The notes under the pieces: generated by a model
What the model saw: only the letters and a program-made list of their open reading frames with translations
What the model was told of the DNA's origin: nothing
Database searches by the model: none
Virus record (IMG/VR): IMGVR_UViG_3300044655_003531
Coordinates: 1 to 64,000 of that record
Source: a virus
Taxonomy: Duplodnaviria; Heunggongvirae; Uroviricota; Caudoviricetes
Strand: one strand, 5' to 3'
Length of the DNA: 64,000 nucleotides
In this document: positions 54,797 to 63,933 of the stretch, in pieces
Numbering within the stretch: the stretch's first letter is position 1
Layout of the letters: every line of letters begins with the position of its first letter
Position numbers and translations under genes: made by a program

Positions 54797-55246
54797 TGGT
54801 GGAGCTGGGCGGATTCGAACCGCCGTCCTGCTAGGTAATTCCATGAAACTCGTTCACAGGCTTAGTCCATTTTTCTAAACAGACAAATCTTTACCTCCTA
54901 GTTTTTGACTGTGATAGGAGATAATCCACATCATCGATCCCTACAGCGATCTGAAGGGTATTGGACCGGAGCCCGCAGGGTTACTGAGGATCGACGGATT
55001 GTGTGGTACTGTTAACCCTTTTTCCCACCCTCGTGACTTTCTGTTCCTGGGTGTCACCCCCCGAGGTTTAGGCTGCCAAGGCAACTTCAACCGGCTCCGC
55101 TGAACCTAGTCCAGCCAAAGCAAAAAATGGATTTTCGCCATTTAAGAAGTACTTAGGATATTTAGGTGCTTCCAAAGCTAGCACCGCCTGCATCATGTCA
55201 AAGAACTTATGCCTCCAGTCGATTCCTTTCAGCCCCATTTTTTATA
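54797..55246 (-). ncRNA. ssrA: tmRNA (ssrA), about 450 nt
   Basis: 5' GGGGCTGAAAGGAATCGAC matches E. coli GGGGCUGAUUCUGGAUUCGAC. 3' GGACGGCGGTTCGAATCCGCCCAGCTCCACCA matches GGACGCGGGUUCAACUCCCGCCAGCUCCACCA. Internal tag frame ...GENPFF...AEPVEVALAA-TAA ends with the canonical ALAA stop. Confidence 0.8.
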
Positions 55247-55340
55247 TATTTCATCATTCTAAAAAACCCCGAATTTTTCTCTGAGATGGAACGGAACCGT
55301 TTACGAGAATGAATATATAGTGCAAATGTAAAAAAAATTT

Positions 55341-57806
55341 ATGAAAAGAATATCCAAGAATTACAAAAAATTAAGATTATTCGAATCTGAGGAAGAACTA
55401 AAAGTCCCAGATGATGAAAAGCTTTGGCAAGCATACGGTGAGGATATGACCAAAGCAGCGAAGGAGGGAGAGATAAATGAAGTAATTGGAAGGGATAAGG
55501 AATTGGAACAGTTGCTTCGCATTCTGGCCAGGAAAACCAAGGATAATCCAGTTTTGGTTGGAGAGCCGGGCGTTGGAAAAACCGCTATTGTGGATAAGCT
55601 TGCTCTTTTAATGGCAAGCGATAAATGTCCCGGTTTTTTAAAGGGGAAAAAGTTAATAGATTTGACCTGGGCATTTAAAAAAATAGTTAATGGAGGTTAT
55701 TTACCCCTTTTGGCCCGTGAAATTGAGGAAGATAACTTGATTATTTTTGTGGACGAACTCCATTCTCTACCTAAAGCAAGTTACGATGAACTCAAACCCT
55801 TTTTGGCTAAAGCCAAACTTCATATGATCGGTGGTTCCACTTATAGTGAATATGGTCAAACTATTGAGAAAGACGGAGCCATGGAAAGAAGATTTCAACC
55901 GATCAAAGTTGAAGAGCCTACCTACGAGGAATGCATGGAAATACTTAGAGAAATCCAAGAAAAATATGGGGATTGGCATCATGTTAATTATTCACCAGAA
56001 GCCTTAGAATCCTTTTATAAACTATCTAAGCAGTATATTAAAGACCGATTTTTGCCAGATAAAGCTATCGACTTGATGGACGAATCCGGTGCACGAATTC
56101 GCATTAAAAATGCCCCGGATGCGGAGGTTGCGAATCTAGAAAAGAAAAATTTAGAACTCCTAGACCGGATCAGGCAAAAGACGGCAGAAGGTGACTATGA
56201 TGCTGCTGCAGATCTATCAGATGAAAAAGAAAAGATAGAGAGTCGGCTTGAAAAAATGGCTGCGAAAGGTCAAATGGGACCTAAAATTACCGTCACTAAA
56301 GAAATGGTGGAAAAACTAGTGGCAGATAAAACAGGGATTCCTGTTGAAACGATGAAAAAGGGCAGTAAGGCAATCCTAAAAGGAATGTCAAGCAGACTGA
56401 AATCAAAAGTTATCGGTCAAGACGAGGCGGTAGAGACCGTTGTTAGAACAATTAAAAGAAACAGGTCGGGTCTTAAAGACCCTAATAGACCTGAAGGGGT
56501 ATTTTTATTCGTGGGCCCTACTGGGACAGGTAAAACCTATTTGGTGAAAAAATTGGCTGAGGAGCTTTTTGGATCTAGGGAATCTAAATTGATTAGGATT
56601 GATATGAATGAATATTCGGAGGCTCATACAGGATCTAAATTGTTTGGATCACCTCCCGGTTATGTAGGTTATTCGGAAGGAGGCAAACTAACAGAGCAAG
56701 TCAGAAGAAACCCTTATTCGGTAATTTTGCTAGATGAGATCGAAAAAGCAAACCCTCAAGTTATACAATCCCTGCTAGGGGTGCTAGAAGATGGAAGGAT
56801 GACGGACGGGCAAGGGAGAACGGTTGACTTTACAAACTGTGTTATTATCATGACTTCTAATGTGGGATCAAAAACAGGATCTAAAAAGGTTAAATCAAAG
56901 GAACCCAGAAAAGCGATTGGTTTTTTGGTTAAAGATGAACCAGAAGATGAAACAAAACAGACTGGAGCAGAATCACCTGAGGAAATCAAAGCAAGAGTCG
57001 ATGCAGCGATCAAAAAAGAGTTTTCGCCCGAATTTATTAATAGAATAGATGATATTGTTATTTTTCAGTCAATAGACCAAGAATCAATAAAAAAGATTGC
57101 AGAAAAAGAGCTCGAGAAGGTGGCAGATAGGATTAAAAATACCCAAGACATTAATCTGACTTGGGGAACTTCGGTTTACAAGTTGTTACTTAAACACGGA
57201 TTTGACCCTGAATATGGGGCTAGACCCCTTAGAAGAGCAGTGGAGAAATATATCAAGGACCCTCTAGCCAATTTTATAATCGAGGAAGAGATTGAGGAAG
57301 GATCCAACCTCAAAATTGATTACGATTCCTTGGCAGATGAGTTAGTCATTAACGGAAAGAAAATTTCAGAGTTATCTGAATCTAGACTCAGAAAAATCCA
57401 CAAAAGTTTTTCTTTGTTCGAATCTACAAGTCCTAGAAGAATCAATAGTTTTTCAGAATTTAGCGATAGATTAGACGAGGCGGAAACAGAAAGGGAGAAA
57501 GAAGAGGAAAAGGGAAAACCAGCTCCTTTGCCTAAACCACTGCCTAAACCACTGCCTAAACCTACGCCTAAACCACAGCCTAAGCCTACTCCTAAACCTA
57601 CACCCAGTGAGGATGAAGATGAGGATGAGGATTTTGATCCAGATGCAGAACCGGTCCGAAGAATAACTCCTCATCCGTCAATTGCACCACGAATTAAAGT
57701 TCCTTCTCATGCTCCTGGACCCCAAGCAATAAAGAAAAAAGCTTCAGAGATGGATGTGATCAAAAGGTACATATCAGAACTCAAAAAAAGAAAACCATTT
57801 TACTAA
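55341..57806 (+). CDS. ClpA/ClpB-family AAA+ ATPase lacking the N-domain, with C-terminal PKP-repeat and acidic extension
   Basis: NBD1 VLVGEPGVGKTAIV, NBD2 FLFVGPTGTGKTYL plus DEIEKA Walker B and sensor blocks. C-terminal PLPKPLPKPLPKPTPKPQPKPTPKPTP followed by SEDEDEDEDFDPD. Confidence 0.75.
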   Translation: MKRISKNYKKLRLFESEEELKVPDDEKLWQAYGEDMTKAAKEGEINEVIGRDKELEQLLRILARKTKDNPVLVGEPGVGKTAIVDKLALLMASDKCPGFLKGKKLIDLTWAFKKIVNGGYLPLLAREIEEDNLIIFVDELHSLPKASYDELKPFLAKAKLHMIGGSTYSEYGQTIEKDGAMERRFQPIKVEEPTYEECMEILREIQEKYGDWHHVNYSPEALESFYKLSKQYIKDRFLPDKAIDLMDESGARIRIKNAPDAEVANLEKKNLELLDRIRQKTAEGDYDAAADLSDEKEKIESRLEKMAAKGQMGPKITVTKEMVEKLVADKTGIPVETMKKGSKAILKGMSSRLKSKVIGQDEAVETVVRTIKRNRSGLKDPNRPEGVFLFVGPTGTGKTYLVKKLAEELFGSRESKLIRIDMNEYSEAHTGSKLFGSPPGYVGYSEGGKLTEQVRRNPYSVILLDEIEKANPQVIQSLLGVLEDGRMTDGQGRTVDFTNCVIIMTSNVGSKTGSKKVKSKEPRKAIGFLVKDEPEDETKQTGAESPEEIKARVDAAIKKEFSPEFINRIDDIVIFQSIDQESIKKIAEKELEKVADRIKNTQDINLTWGTSVYKLLLKHGFDPEYGARPLRRAVEKYIKDPLANFIIEEEIEEGSNLKIDYDSLADELVINGKKISELSESRLRKIHKSFSLFESTSPRRINSFSEFSDRLDEAETEREKEEEKGKPAPLPKPLPKPLPKPTPKPQPKPTPKPTPSEDEDEDEDFDPDAEPVRRITPHPSIAPRIKVPSHAPGPQAIKKKASEMDVIKRYISELKKRKPFY

Positions 57807-57810
57807 GAAT

Positions 57811-58827
57811 ATGTCACTAAAAGCCAATTTCACAAAGAATTTTGCATCCTTTAATGAGGCTATTAGGGTTAAAGACATGGTGAGTATTCCCCCCGACTAC
57901 CTAGAGGATGTCACGAGAAGAGCTAAAGAAAAACTCGGCATCGGGAAAACTCCCGAGGGATCCCCGCAAGGAATCAGCCAAGCCGTTAGCCAGTTGATGG
58001 GAAATTTTTCGAGATCCCAGCAACTTTCTAGAGGGTATGAAAAGGAGCTAGAAGATCTAGCAAGAGAAATAATTACAGATCTATACAAGCCCCTCATTGA
58101 TTACTACGACATAAAGCTTGAAATTAAACTAGTACAGGGACCAGAAATAAGGAGGATGTTGGATGACAGCTTTAGAAAAACAAGACAAAAAAACAGACCT
58201 CGACCGGATTCTAAACCAGTAATTAAAGCTTTAGGAGCGGATTTCAGCATGCTGATTCATGAGGCAGTCAAAGGAATTTGGAGGGTTATGTCAATGTCTG
58301 CAGTACCAGATGACCCTGAACTAGCCAAGGCTATTGAAGATCAATTCGGATTGATAGACGAACCGGACGAATGGAGATATGGTCCTCAAATGGCCGAAGA
58401 TCTAAGAAAATTTATCTTTGAGAATCCCAAGGTCATCAAATATTCTAATTTGAGAGAGGAACTTTGGAAATATATGGTGGATCCAGAGAATTTACCCACG
58501 GCTGAATTTTTACCTCTGATGACAGGAATTTTTAGAAAAACTCCAGAAGCCAGAAAAAAAATCGATGAATTGATTGATGTAGTCATTGAGAGGGTGGAAG
58601 CCAGAGATGCCTGGCTGGAGCAGGATAGAGCCGATAAGGCTGAGTATGAAAGGAAATTAGCAGCATGGAAAGCCAGACAAGCTGCCAAATCCCCAAGTGG
58701 TTCAGAATCACAGATCACCAAAGATTACGCTAGTATGTCCCAAGAAGAACTAAAAAGGGAATACAGAAAGGCCGACGAGGAGGGAGATTTTGATAAAATG
58801 ATGGAAATCTCTGATTACATAAAATAA
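57811..58827 (+). CDS. hypothetical protein (338 aa)
   Basis: Long ORF co-directional with and 4 nt after the Clp-like gene. Confidence 0.5.
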   Translation: MSLKANFTKNFASFNEAIRVKDMVSIPPDYLEDVTRRAKEKLGIGKTPEGSPQGISQAVSQLMGNFSRSQQLSRGYEKELEDLAREIITDLYKPLIDYYDIKLEIKLVQGPEIRRMLDDSFRKTRQKNRPRPDSKPVIKALGADFSMLIHEAVKGIWRVMSMSAVPDDPELAKAIEDQFGLIDEPDEWRYGPQMAEDLRKFIFENPKVIKYSNLREELWKYMVDPENLPTAEFLPLMTGIFRKTPEARKKIDELIDVVIERVEARDAWLEQDRADKAEYERKLAAWKARQAAKSPSGSESQITKDYASMSQEELKREYRKADEEGDFDKMMEISDYIK

Positions 58828-58835
58828 ATTTTACT

Positions 58836-59114
58836 ATGGATAAATTCATGTCAGAAACAGAGAAAAGGAAGATGCTGAATTTGATTGGCCAGGGAGAAGC
58901 AAAGAACACCAAAAAAATCTTGCAGTTACCCGAGATAAAAAACAAATTGAAAAAAATTATGGGGGATGAAAAAGGTCAGGAATTAGCTAATTGTCTATTG
59001 GAACTTGCCAATTCAGCAGATAGACTAGATTGGTTGGATTGGACAGAAAACAGAGGCAGACAGATGGAACACGGAACATCATTTGGCGGGGGTTATTATG
59101 TTGAATGGGAATGA
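58836..59114 (+). CDS. hypothetical protein (92 aa)
   Basis: ORF in the same plus-strand operon. Confidence 0.4.
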   Translation: MDKFMSETEKRKMLNLIGQGEAKNTKKILQLPEIKNKLKKIMGDEKGQELANCLLELANSADRLDWLDWTENRGRQMEHGTSFGGGYYVEWE

Positions 59115-59431
59115 AAGATCTACAGAAATTTTTCGGCACAATTAGGGTCAAAATGTTTTGGCTCTGCCGAGAGCTAGTTTACATGTACAGTCCCAAGAAA
59201 TCTTTTTTTTCAAAGAAAAGAATAGAATCTAGTTTGGCTTTTGTTATTGGGCAATGGGGCATGATCTTCTGGATGTTAGAAAAACACTCTGAATTGTCTG
59301 CCTCTGATGTTGCCATCTGGGCGGGGATCGAATTTGCGATTGCCGGGTACATCATGACCGAAATCCAGAAAGAAAAAAAGGAGGTTTCTCGAAACGCTGA
59401 TGATTTCGAAGAACCTCCTATTCACTCTTAA
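59105..59431 (+). CDS. hypothetical membrane protein (108 aa)
   Basis: Hydrophobic segments. Overlaps the previous ORF. Confidence 0.4.
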   Translation: MGMKDLQKFFGTIRVKMFWLCRELVYMYSPKKSFFSKKRIESSLAFVIGQWGMIFWMLEKHSELSASDVAIWAGIEFAIAGYIMTEIQKEKKEVSRNADDFEEPPIHS

Positions 59432-59438
59432 TATCCCT

Positions 59439-59999
59439 TTAAATCAGAGAACGGTTGACTGTTCGGTTACTCACCCCACCTACACCTGGGTAGGAAGAGT
59501 ACATGTTTTTAGGATCTTTGATGGTGTTGTCCGTTGGAGAATGTGTATTTTCAGTCAGGTCCATGTGCTTTTTGATGAAACGATAAAGTCTTTGGCATTC
59601 ATCATCGATATCCGCCAAATCCAATTCACTTCCTCCCCATCTGATGGAAGGGTCTTGTGGATCGCACATAACAGACAGATTTCTAGGTCCCAGATGGCAA
59701 ATTAAAGCCGGATATTCTCCACTGATGTCTCTGACGTTGGAGATATAACCTTGATAGGGAGGATTTTCAATTTCTTTGTAAATTTGTCCTAATCTTTCCC
59801 GATCCTTGCTTGATTCAATACCAAACAGGCTTTTTGTTTTTCTTTTCATGGTTTGTAACATGCCTGGGGGTTGGTACCTTTTGTAGCCATAGCCGGCATC
59901 TTTCCATCCCTCCTGTAAAGGATCAGAAGATTCTGGAGTAAAATTGTCGTAAGAGATAATATTTTTCATAAAGTCTTTTTTTTTAAGAATGAGTGTCAA
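59439..59999 (-). CDS. hypothetical protein (186 aa)
   Basis: ORF. Confidence 0.45.
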   Translation of the reverse strand: MTLILKKKDFMKNIISYDNFTPESSDPLQEGWKDAGYGYKRYQPPGMLQTMKRKTKSLFGIESSKDRERLGQIYKEIENPPYQGYISNVRDISGEYPALICHLGPRNLSVMCDPQDPSIRWGGSELDLADIDDECQRLYRFIKKHMDLTENTHSPTDNTIKDPKNMYSSYPGVGGVSNRTVNRSLI

Positions 60000-60300
60000 T
60001 TAATTTTTGATAGAGGTCGAGGTTTTTTAAGCCCGTAGCTCTTTCTACTTCTTGACCGTCTTTGATGAGCAGTACGGTCGGGAGAGATCTAACCCCAAAT
60101 TCAATGGCAGTTTCTCTGTTCTCGTCTACGTTGATTTTGTGGATGACTAGGTCTGGATTTTTGGTCTTGATTTGGTCCAGAATAGGATGGAGCATTCTAC
60201 AAGGGCCGCACCATTCAGCCCAAAAATCGAGCAGGGTTAATTCAGTAAAATCTTCGGAAGTAATAGTTGATAAGTTCATATAATTTATTTTAGTAAACAA
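59983..60300 (-). CDS. trx: thioredoxin
   Basis: WAEWCGPC active site, size about 105 aa. Confidence 0.85.
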   Translation of the reverse strand: MFTKINYMNLSTITSEDFTELTLLDFWAEWCGPCRMLHPILDQIKTKNPDLVIHKINVDENRETAIEFGVRSLPTVLLIKDGQEVERATGLKNLDLYQKLIDTHS

Positions 60301-60646
60301 TTGTTTGGGTCATATCGGGATTGGTCCGGTAGATAATTTCAGGACCCGGGGACATAATAACTGACATACCATCAGACAGAGTTTGAAGACTCTGAATGAA
60401 ATTCTGAACGTCTTCTTTTTTAGAAGAGGGAAAGTTAAAGTGGGTCATCACATCTTTAACTAATTCATCTAAAGAAGATTCAAAATCTCCCGTGTCATGA
60501 AAATTCATGTATTTTTCGTATTTTTTAACGAAATCTTTGATTTCTTCCTGTTGGACTTCACTGAGAGACAGATTTGAAACAAAATCGTCGAATTCTAGAA
60601 TTTTTTTCTTATACATAGTGAGATATATATCTGAATTAAAAACCAA
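60290..60646 (-). CDS. hypothetical protein (118 aa)
   Basis: ORF. Confidence 0.4.
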   Translation of the reverse strand: MVFNSDIYLTMYKKKILEFDDFVSNLSLSEVQQEEIKDFVKKYEKYMNFHDTGDFESSLDELVKDVMTHFNFPSSKKEDVQNFIQSLQTLSDGMSVIMSPGPEIIYRTNPDMTQTIVY

Positions 60647-60651
60647 AAACT

Positions 60652-61146
60652 ATGCAAACTTCTTTAGCAGAAAAAGACAAAGATTTTTACCTTCAGGATT
60701 CAACTTCGGAATTTGAAATAGAAGAAGCTGAAGTGGAAATTTCTCCCGAAGAAATAGAAGATCCTTCTGAAGAACCAGAAGATCTGGGTACAATCGATTT
60801 CCAAATTTCATCAGATGAGGAAGAGGATCCGGATGAAAGAGAAGAAGACAAAGGGGAAGAGGACGAAGAGGAGAGCGACGAAGAAGAAGAGGTCCAGAGT
60901 ATAGAATATAGCGAAGTCGATGACGAGGATGATGATGAAGATGATGAAGATGATGAAGATGATGATGAAGATGAAACAGATTACGAAGAAGAGGAAATGC
61001 TAACTGAACCTTTTCTCGGAGATGAAGATTCCGAAGAAGAGGACGAAGAAGAGGACGAAGAAGATGAAGAGGACGAAGAATCTTCATCGGATGAAAGAAC
61101 CCCAATCCTAAGTTTCAAAGATTTTATTAAAAAAACTAGGAAATAA
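60652..61146 (+). CDS. hyper-acidic D/E-rich protein (164 aa)
   Basis: Over 55% Asp+Glu with long DEDD runs. The antisense ORF 60650..61105 is a low-complexity mirror and judged less likely. Confidence 0.45.
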   Translation: MQTSLAEKDKDFYLQDSTSEFEIEEAEVEISPEEIEDPSEEPEDLGTIDFQISSDEEEDPDEREEDKGEEDEEESDEEEEVQSIEYSEVDDEDDDEDDEDDEDDDEDETDYEEEEMLTEPFLGDEDSEEEDEEEDEEDEEDEESSSDERTPILSFKDFIKKTRK

Positions 61147-61154
61147 TCCTAGAA

Positions 61155-61337
61155 TCAATCGTCGGAGGTTGTGCTTCTGCCCAGGTCTCTCCGAATCAAT
61201 TTTCTAACGTAGTGAGAAATAGAAACCGGAGGATCGCCCTTGGTTAGAGCTTGCTTTGAGATCTTTTTGCCAAGTTCTTCCAGATCTTCAGATGACAGGA
61301 GAACCTGAATTTTTTCACTTTTATCTGCTTTTGCCAT
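61155..61337 (-). CDS. ribbon-helix-helix (CopG/Arc-like) DNA-binding protein
   Basis: KIQVLLSSEDLEELGKKISK is typical of RHH beta-strand/helix antitoxin-like repressors. Confidence 0.5.
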   Translation of the reverse strand: MAKADKSEKIQVLLSSEDLEELGKKISKQALTKGDPPVSISHYVRKLIRRDLGRSTTSDD

Positions 61338-61364
61338 GTTGTTTATTATTTGGTTTATATATCT

Positions 61365-62831
61365 TTAAGAAAATTCAATGCCAAGATGGGGTTTGCCTTT
61401 GGCTTTCAAAGGTCTATAACCTTTAATCTCCTCGGTGACGACAAAGGCTTTGTGTGGATTAACCATTACCCCCATTTTTTTCATCAGGCCTCTGCTGGCC
61501 AGGAATGGAGTGCTTTTTTGGACCCTATCCGTGGGAGCAACTTTTACATCCGAGATCTTTACCCCGTTGAGCATGACGTCTAGCAGAATAATAGGTCTCT
61601 TGCTTTTATCTCTACCCACTTCCGTATCGGTGTAACCAACAATGTCGCTGGTAAATTCTTTGCCCCCGATTTTCCACTTCAGCTGATTTCCTACTTCTTT
61701 CGTTTCATCTGCCTGAATCGATGAGGCACTGGAGCCATTTCCAGTGTCGAATTTGGCAACAAGCTTTCCTATCTCTGGGATCTCAATCGTCTCTAAATAA
61801 CCAACCTCCATCCTAGAGTAGATCCAATTCTTTTTATTGATGACATAATCGATGACGTCCCCCACAATGGGTCTTCCTATGGCCTGAGAGATGCCTTCTG
61901 TTCCAGGCGAGGAATTAACCTCCAGAATATACGGCTCTTTCGTTTTTTTATCGATCATGATGTCTACCCCGCACCAATGGCTACCGACAGAATTAGCAGC
62001 CCGACAGGCTAAATCGGCAATTTTATCATCTATATTATAGGCAGAAACTTTACCTCCTAGAGAGTAATTGGTTCTGAAATCCTTTTTTACTGCTTCTCTT
62101 TTCATGGATCCAAGAATAATGCAATTGCTTGGTTTGGTGATTAAAGGGTCAAATCTTTTGAGGATGACCTGAATTCTCAAATCAAAGTTCGAGTCAATTT
62201 TTTCCTGAATAAGAATTTCCTTTTCGGGATCCAATTTGGCAATCGTTTGATACACAGATTTCAGAGAGGCGTAAGAATCAACAATTGAAACCCCAATGCC
62301 CTGAGTGCCCGAGAGCAACTTCATTACTACAGGAAACTGACCACCTATTTGTTCCAAGGCAGTATCCAGATTTTCTTCCCCGTTCACCAGGGCATATCTG
62401 GGAACTGGAAGTTCATTCTCTTCCAACACCTTTGAGGTTAAGAATTTACTCTCACACACCTCGATAGATTCCAGAGAATTGACACAGAAATAACGGGATG
62501 CTTCTAATTCTCTCATGATCTGTTTGGTCAGAGAATTGGAAATAACCCCTCGTCTAGGAATAATAGCGGTCACATCAGGATTTATGAAAATTTCTCTTTT
62601 GTCCCCTGAGGTCTCCCGGAGTAGATGTCCATTATAGATTTTTTCAAGCTGCACATTGTTGATGTTGACAACGTAACAAGGGATACCCCTTTTTTGGCAT
62701 TCCTCCAGGAAGGATTTGGACGTCGGACTGGGTTTTACCGTGCCTGAGAGGATCAGGAGTTCAACTCCTTTTTCTTCTTTAGATTCGTTCAAGAAGTTGC
62801 AAAAATTTAACACGGCGGGTAGTGAATTCAT
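61365..62831 (-). CDS. RimK-like ATP-grasp ligase fused to C-terminal retropepsin-like (zinc-protease-like DUF785) domain
   Basis: ATP-grasp blocks FPVVMKLLSGTQGIGVSIV and PYILEVNSSPG. C-terminal about 150 aa resembles the RimK-associated protease-like domain. Confidence 0.6.
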   Translation of the reverse strand: MNSLPAVLNFCNFLNESKEEKGVELLILSGTVKPSPTSKSFLEECQKRGIPCYVVNINNVQLEKIYNGHLLRETSGDKREIFINPDVTAIIPRRGVISNSLTKQIMRELEASRYFCVNSLESIEVCESKFLTSKVLEENELPVPRYALVNGEENLDTALEQIGGQFPVVMKLLSGTQGIGVSIVDSYASLKSVYQTIAKLDPEKEILIQEKIDSNFDLRIQVILKRFDPLITKPSNCIILGSMKREAVKKDFRTNYSLGGKVSAYNIDDKIADLACRAANSVGSHWCGVDIMIDKKTKEPYILEVNSSPGTEGISQAIGRPIVGDVIDYVINKKNWIYSRMEVGYLETIEIPEIGKLVAKFDTGNGSSASSIQADETKEVGNQLKWKIGGKEFTSDIVGYTDTEVGRDKSKRPIILLDVMLNGVKISDVKVAPTDRVQKSTPFLASRGLMKKMGVMVNPHKAFVVTEEIKGYRPLKAKGKPHLGIEFS

Positions 62832-62888
62832 CCAGAGAATTTTTTTTAGATGTTCTATATATCTAGAACTCTGAAAAAATTAGATGGT

Positions 62889-63140
62889 TTACTGCATCAA
62901 GAATTCGATTTCCACCGCTATTCTGATTTTGTGAAGCACTGCACATTTCTCGTACTGTTCCTCCAAAGTGAAGAAATCAACCAGCTCTTCCAACCTCTCA
63001 CATTTGAAAGAAGGGGAGAGACTTTTATCACTTATAAACAAAAAACGGTTTTCTTCTAACAGATGGTAGGTCTCGTCCATATACTGGCAATATGCCTCGA
63101 ATTCTTCATCCGCAATATCTTCAAACTGGTACTTGTTCAT
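62889..63140 (-). CDS. small helical protein with E-Q-Y-E-K-C motif (83 aa)
   Basis: LEEQYEKCAVLHKI. Same family as 38077.. and 38309... Confidence 0.45.
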   Translation of the reverse strand: MNKYQFEDIADEEFEAYCQYMDETYHLLEENRFLFISDKSLSPSFKCERLEELVDFFTLEEQYEKCAVLHKIRIAVEIEFLMQ

Positions 63141-63303
63141 GCTTTTCTAAAATTTGACGGAGGTAGGACAAAGAGGACTCAGAACCTAGAACAGCATCAG
63201 GAGAGTACCAGTACAGTTGGAGGAATTTTGAATCATCCCCCAAATTTTCCCTGATTTTGCTCAGAGTATCAGGATCGGGTAAAATTGTGTGGTGGTAACC
63301 CAT
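63121..63303 (-). CDS. hypothetical protein (60 aa)
   Basis: ORF. Confidence 0.3.
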   Translation of the reverse strand: MGYHHTILPDPDTLSKIRENLGDDSKFLQLYWYSPDAVLGSESSLSYLRQILEKHEQVPV

Positions 63304-63306
63304 AAG

Positions 63307-63933
63307 TTAAAAAAGAGTGTTGATCATGAAAAGATTTGGACTGATTGGGTGAAAGCCCATTACTTCGATAAATCTGTTAATAGGATCTAGAATTGTTTTG
63401 GTGAACTGTTCGTCGTAGTTGACTGGGGGTGCGTATTCATAGGGAAAATTACCCTGGGAATAGGCAAAGACGTTGTTCTCTGCCTCGGATCTAACCGGCA
63501 CGAAATAAAATCTGACTTTATCTCCAGATCTCAGAAGAGGATATTTCTCTTTGTACTTGGAGTTGTTTAGCAGAAAATTATGGAAAGCGGAGGCTCTAAC
63601 GTGAATCGGACAGGACTTGCTCACCTCGAGTTTTGTCGTGTCATTCAGGATGAATTTTTCGTAGTTGTTAACCGATATTGCGAGAGAGATCTGCTCGGCT
63701 TCTTGGGCCTTGAAATCTTTTTTAATGCTCTTTAACTCCTGAACAAATTCTCTAAGGTTGAAGTTTTTACCCACAGACAGAATATACTTCGTCAAATAAA
63801 GAAGTTTTTCTCTGACAAAAGTGGGGGTTCCTCCCTTGATCATTTCTACCCCTGTTGTTTTAATAAAAGTCAGAGGATCCGAGTGTATCCCGTCGGCATA
63901 GACTTGATTGGTGACATATTTTTTCTTACCCAA
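63307..63933 (-). CDS. hypothetical protein (208 aa)
   Basis: ORF. Confidence 0.45.
   Translation of the reverse strand: MGKKKYVTNQVYADGIHSDPLTFIKTTGVEMIKGGTPTFVREKLLYLTKYILSVGKNFNLREFVQELKSIKKDFKAQEAEQISLAISVNNYEKFILNDTTKLEVSKSCPIHVRASAFHNFLLNNSKYKEKYPLLRSGDKVRFYFVPVRSEAENNVFAYSQGNFPYEYAPPVNYDEQFTKTILDPINRFIEVMGFHPISPNLFMINTLF

Noticed and set aside
54797-55246. Genomic island or prophage integrated at the 3' end of ssrA, with the AT-rich region to the left as the island
   Set aside because: A strong intrinsic terminator sits immediately after the tmRNA CCA end. No integrase or recombinase gene is adjacent. No duplicated ssrA 3' segment is visible in the window. The tmRNA looks native and intact rather than an attL/attR hybrid.
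60650-61105. Minus-strand 151-aa L/H/P/R-rich ORF
   Set aside because: It is the antisense mirror of the D/E-rich plus-strand ORF (GAA/GAT codons read as LLP/HH). The acidic protein has a proper start context, so the minus-strand ORF is considered an artefact.
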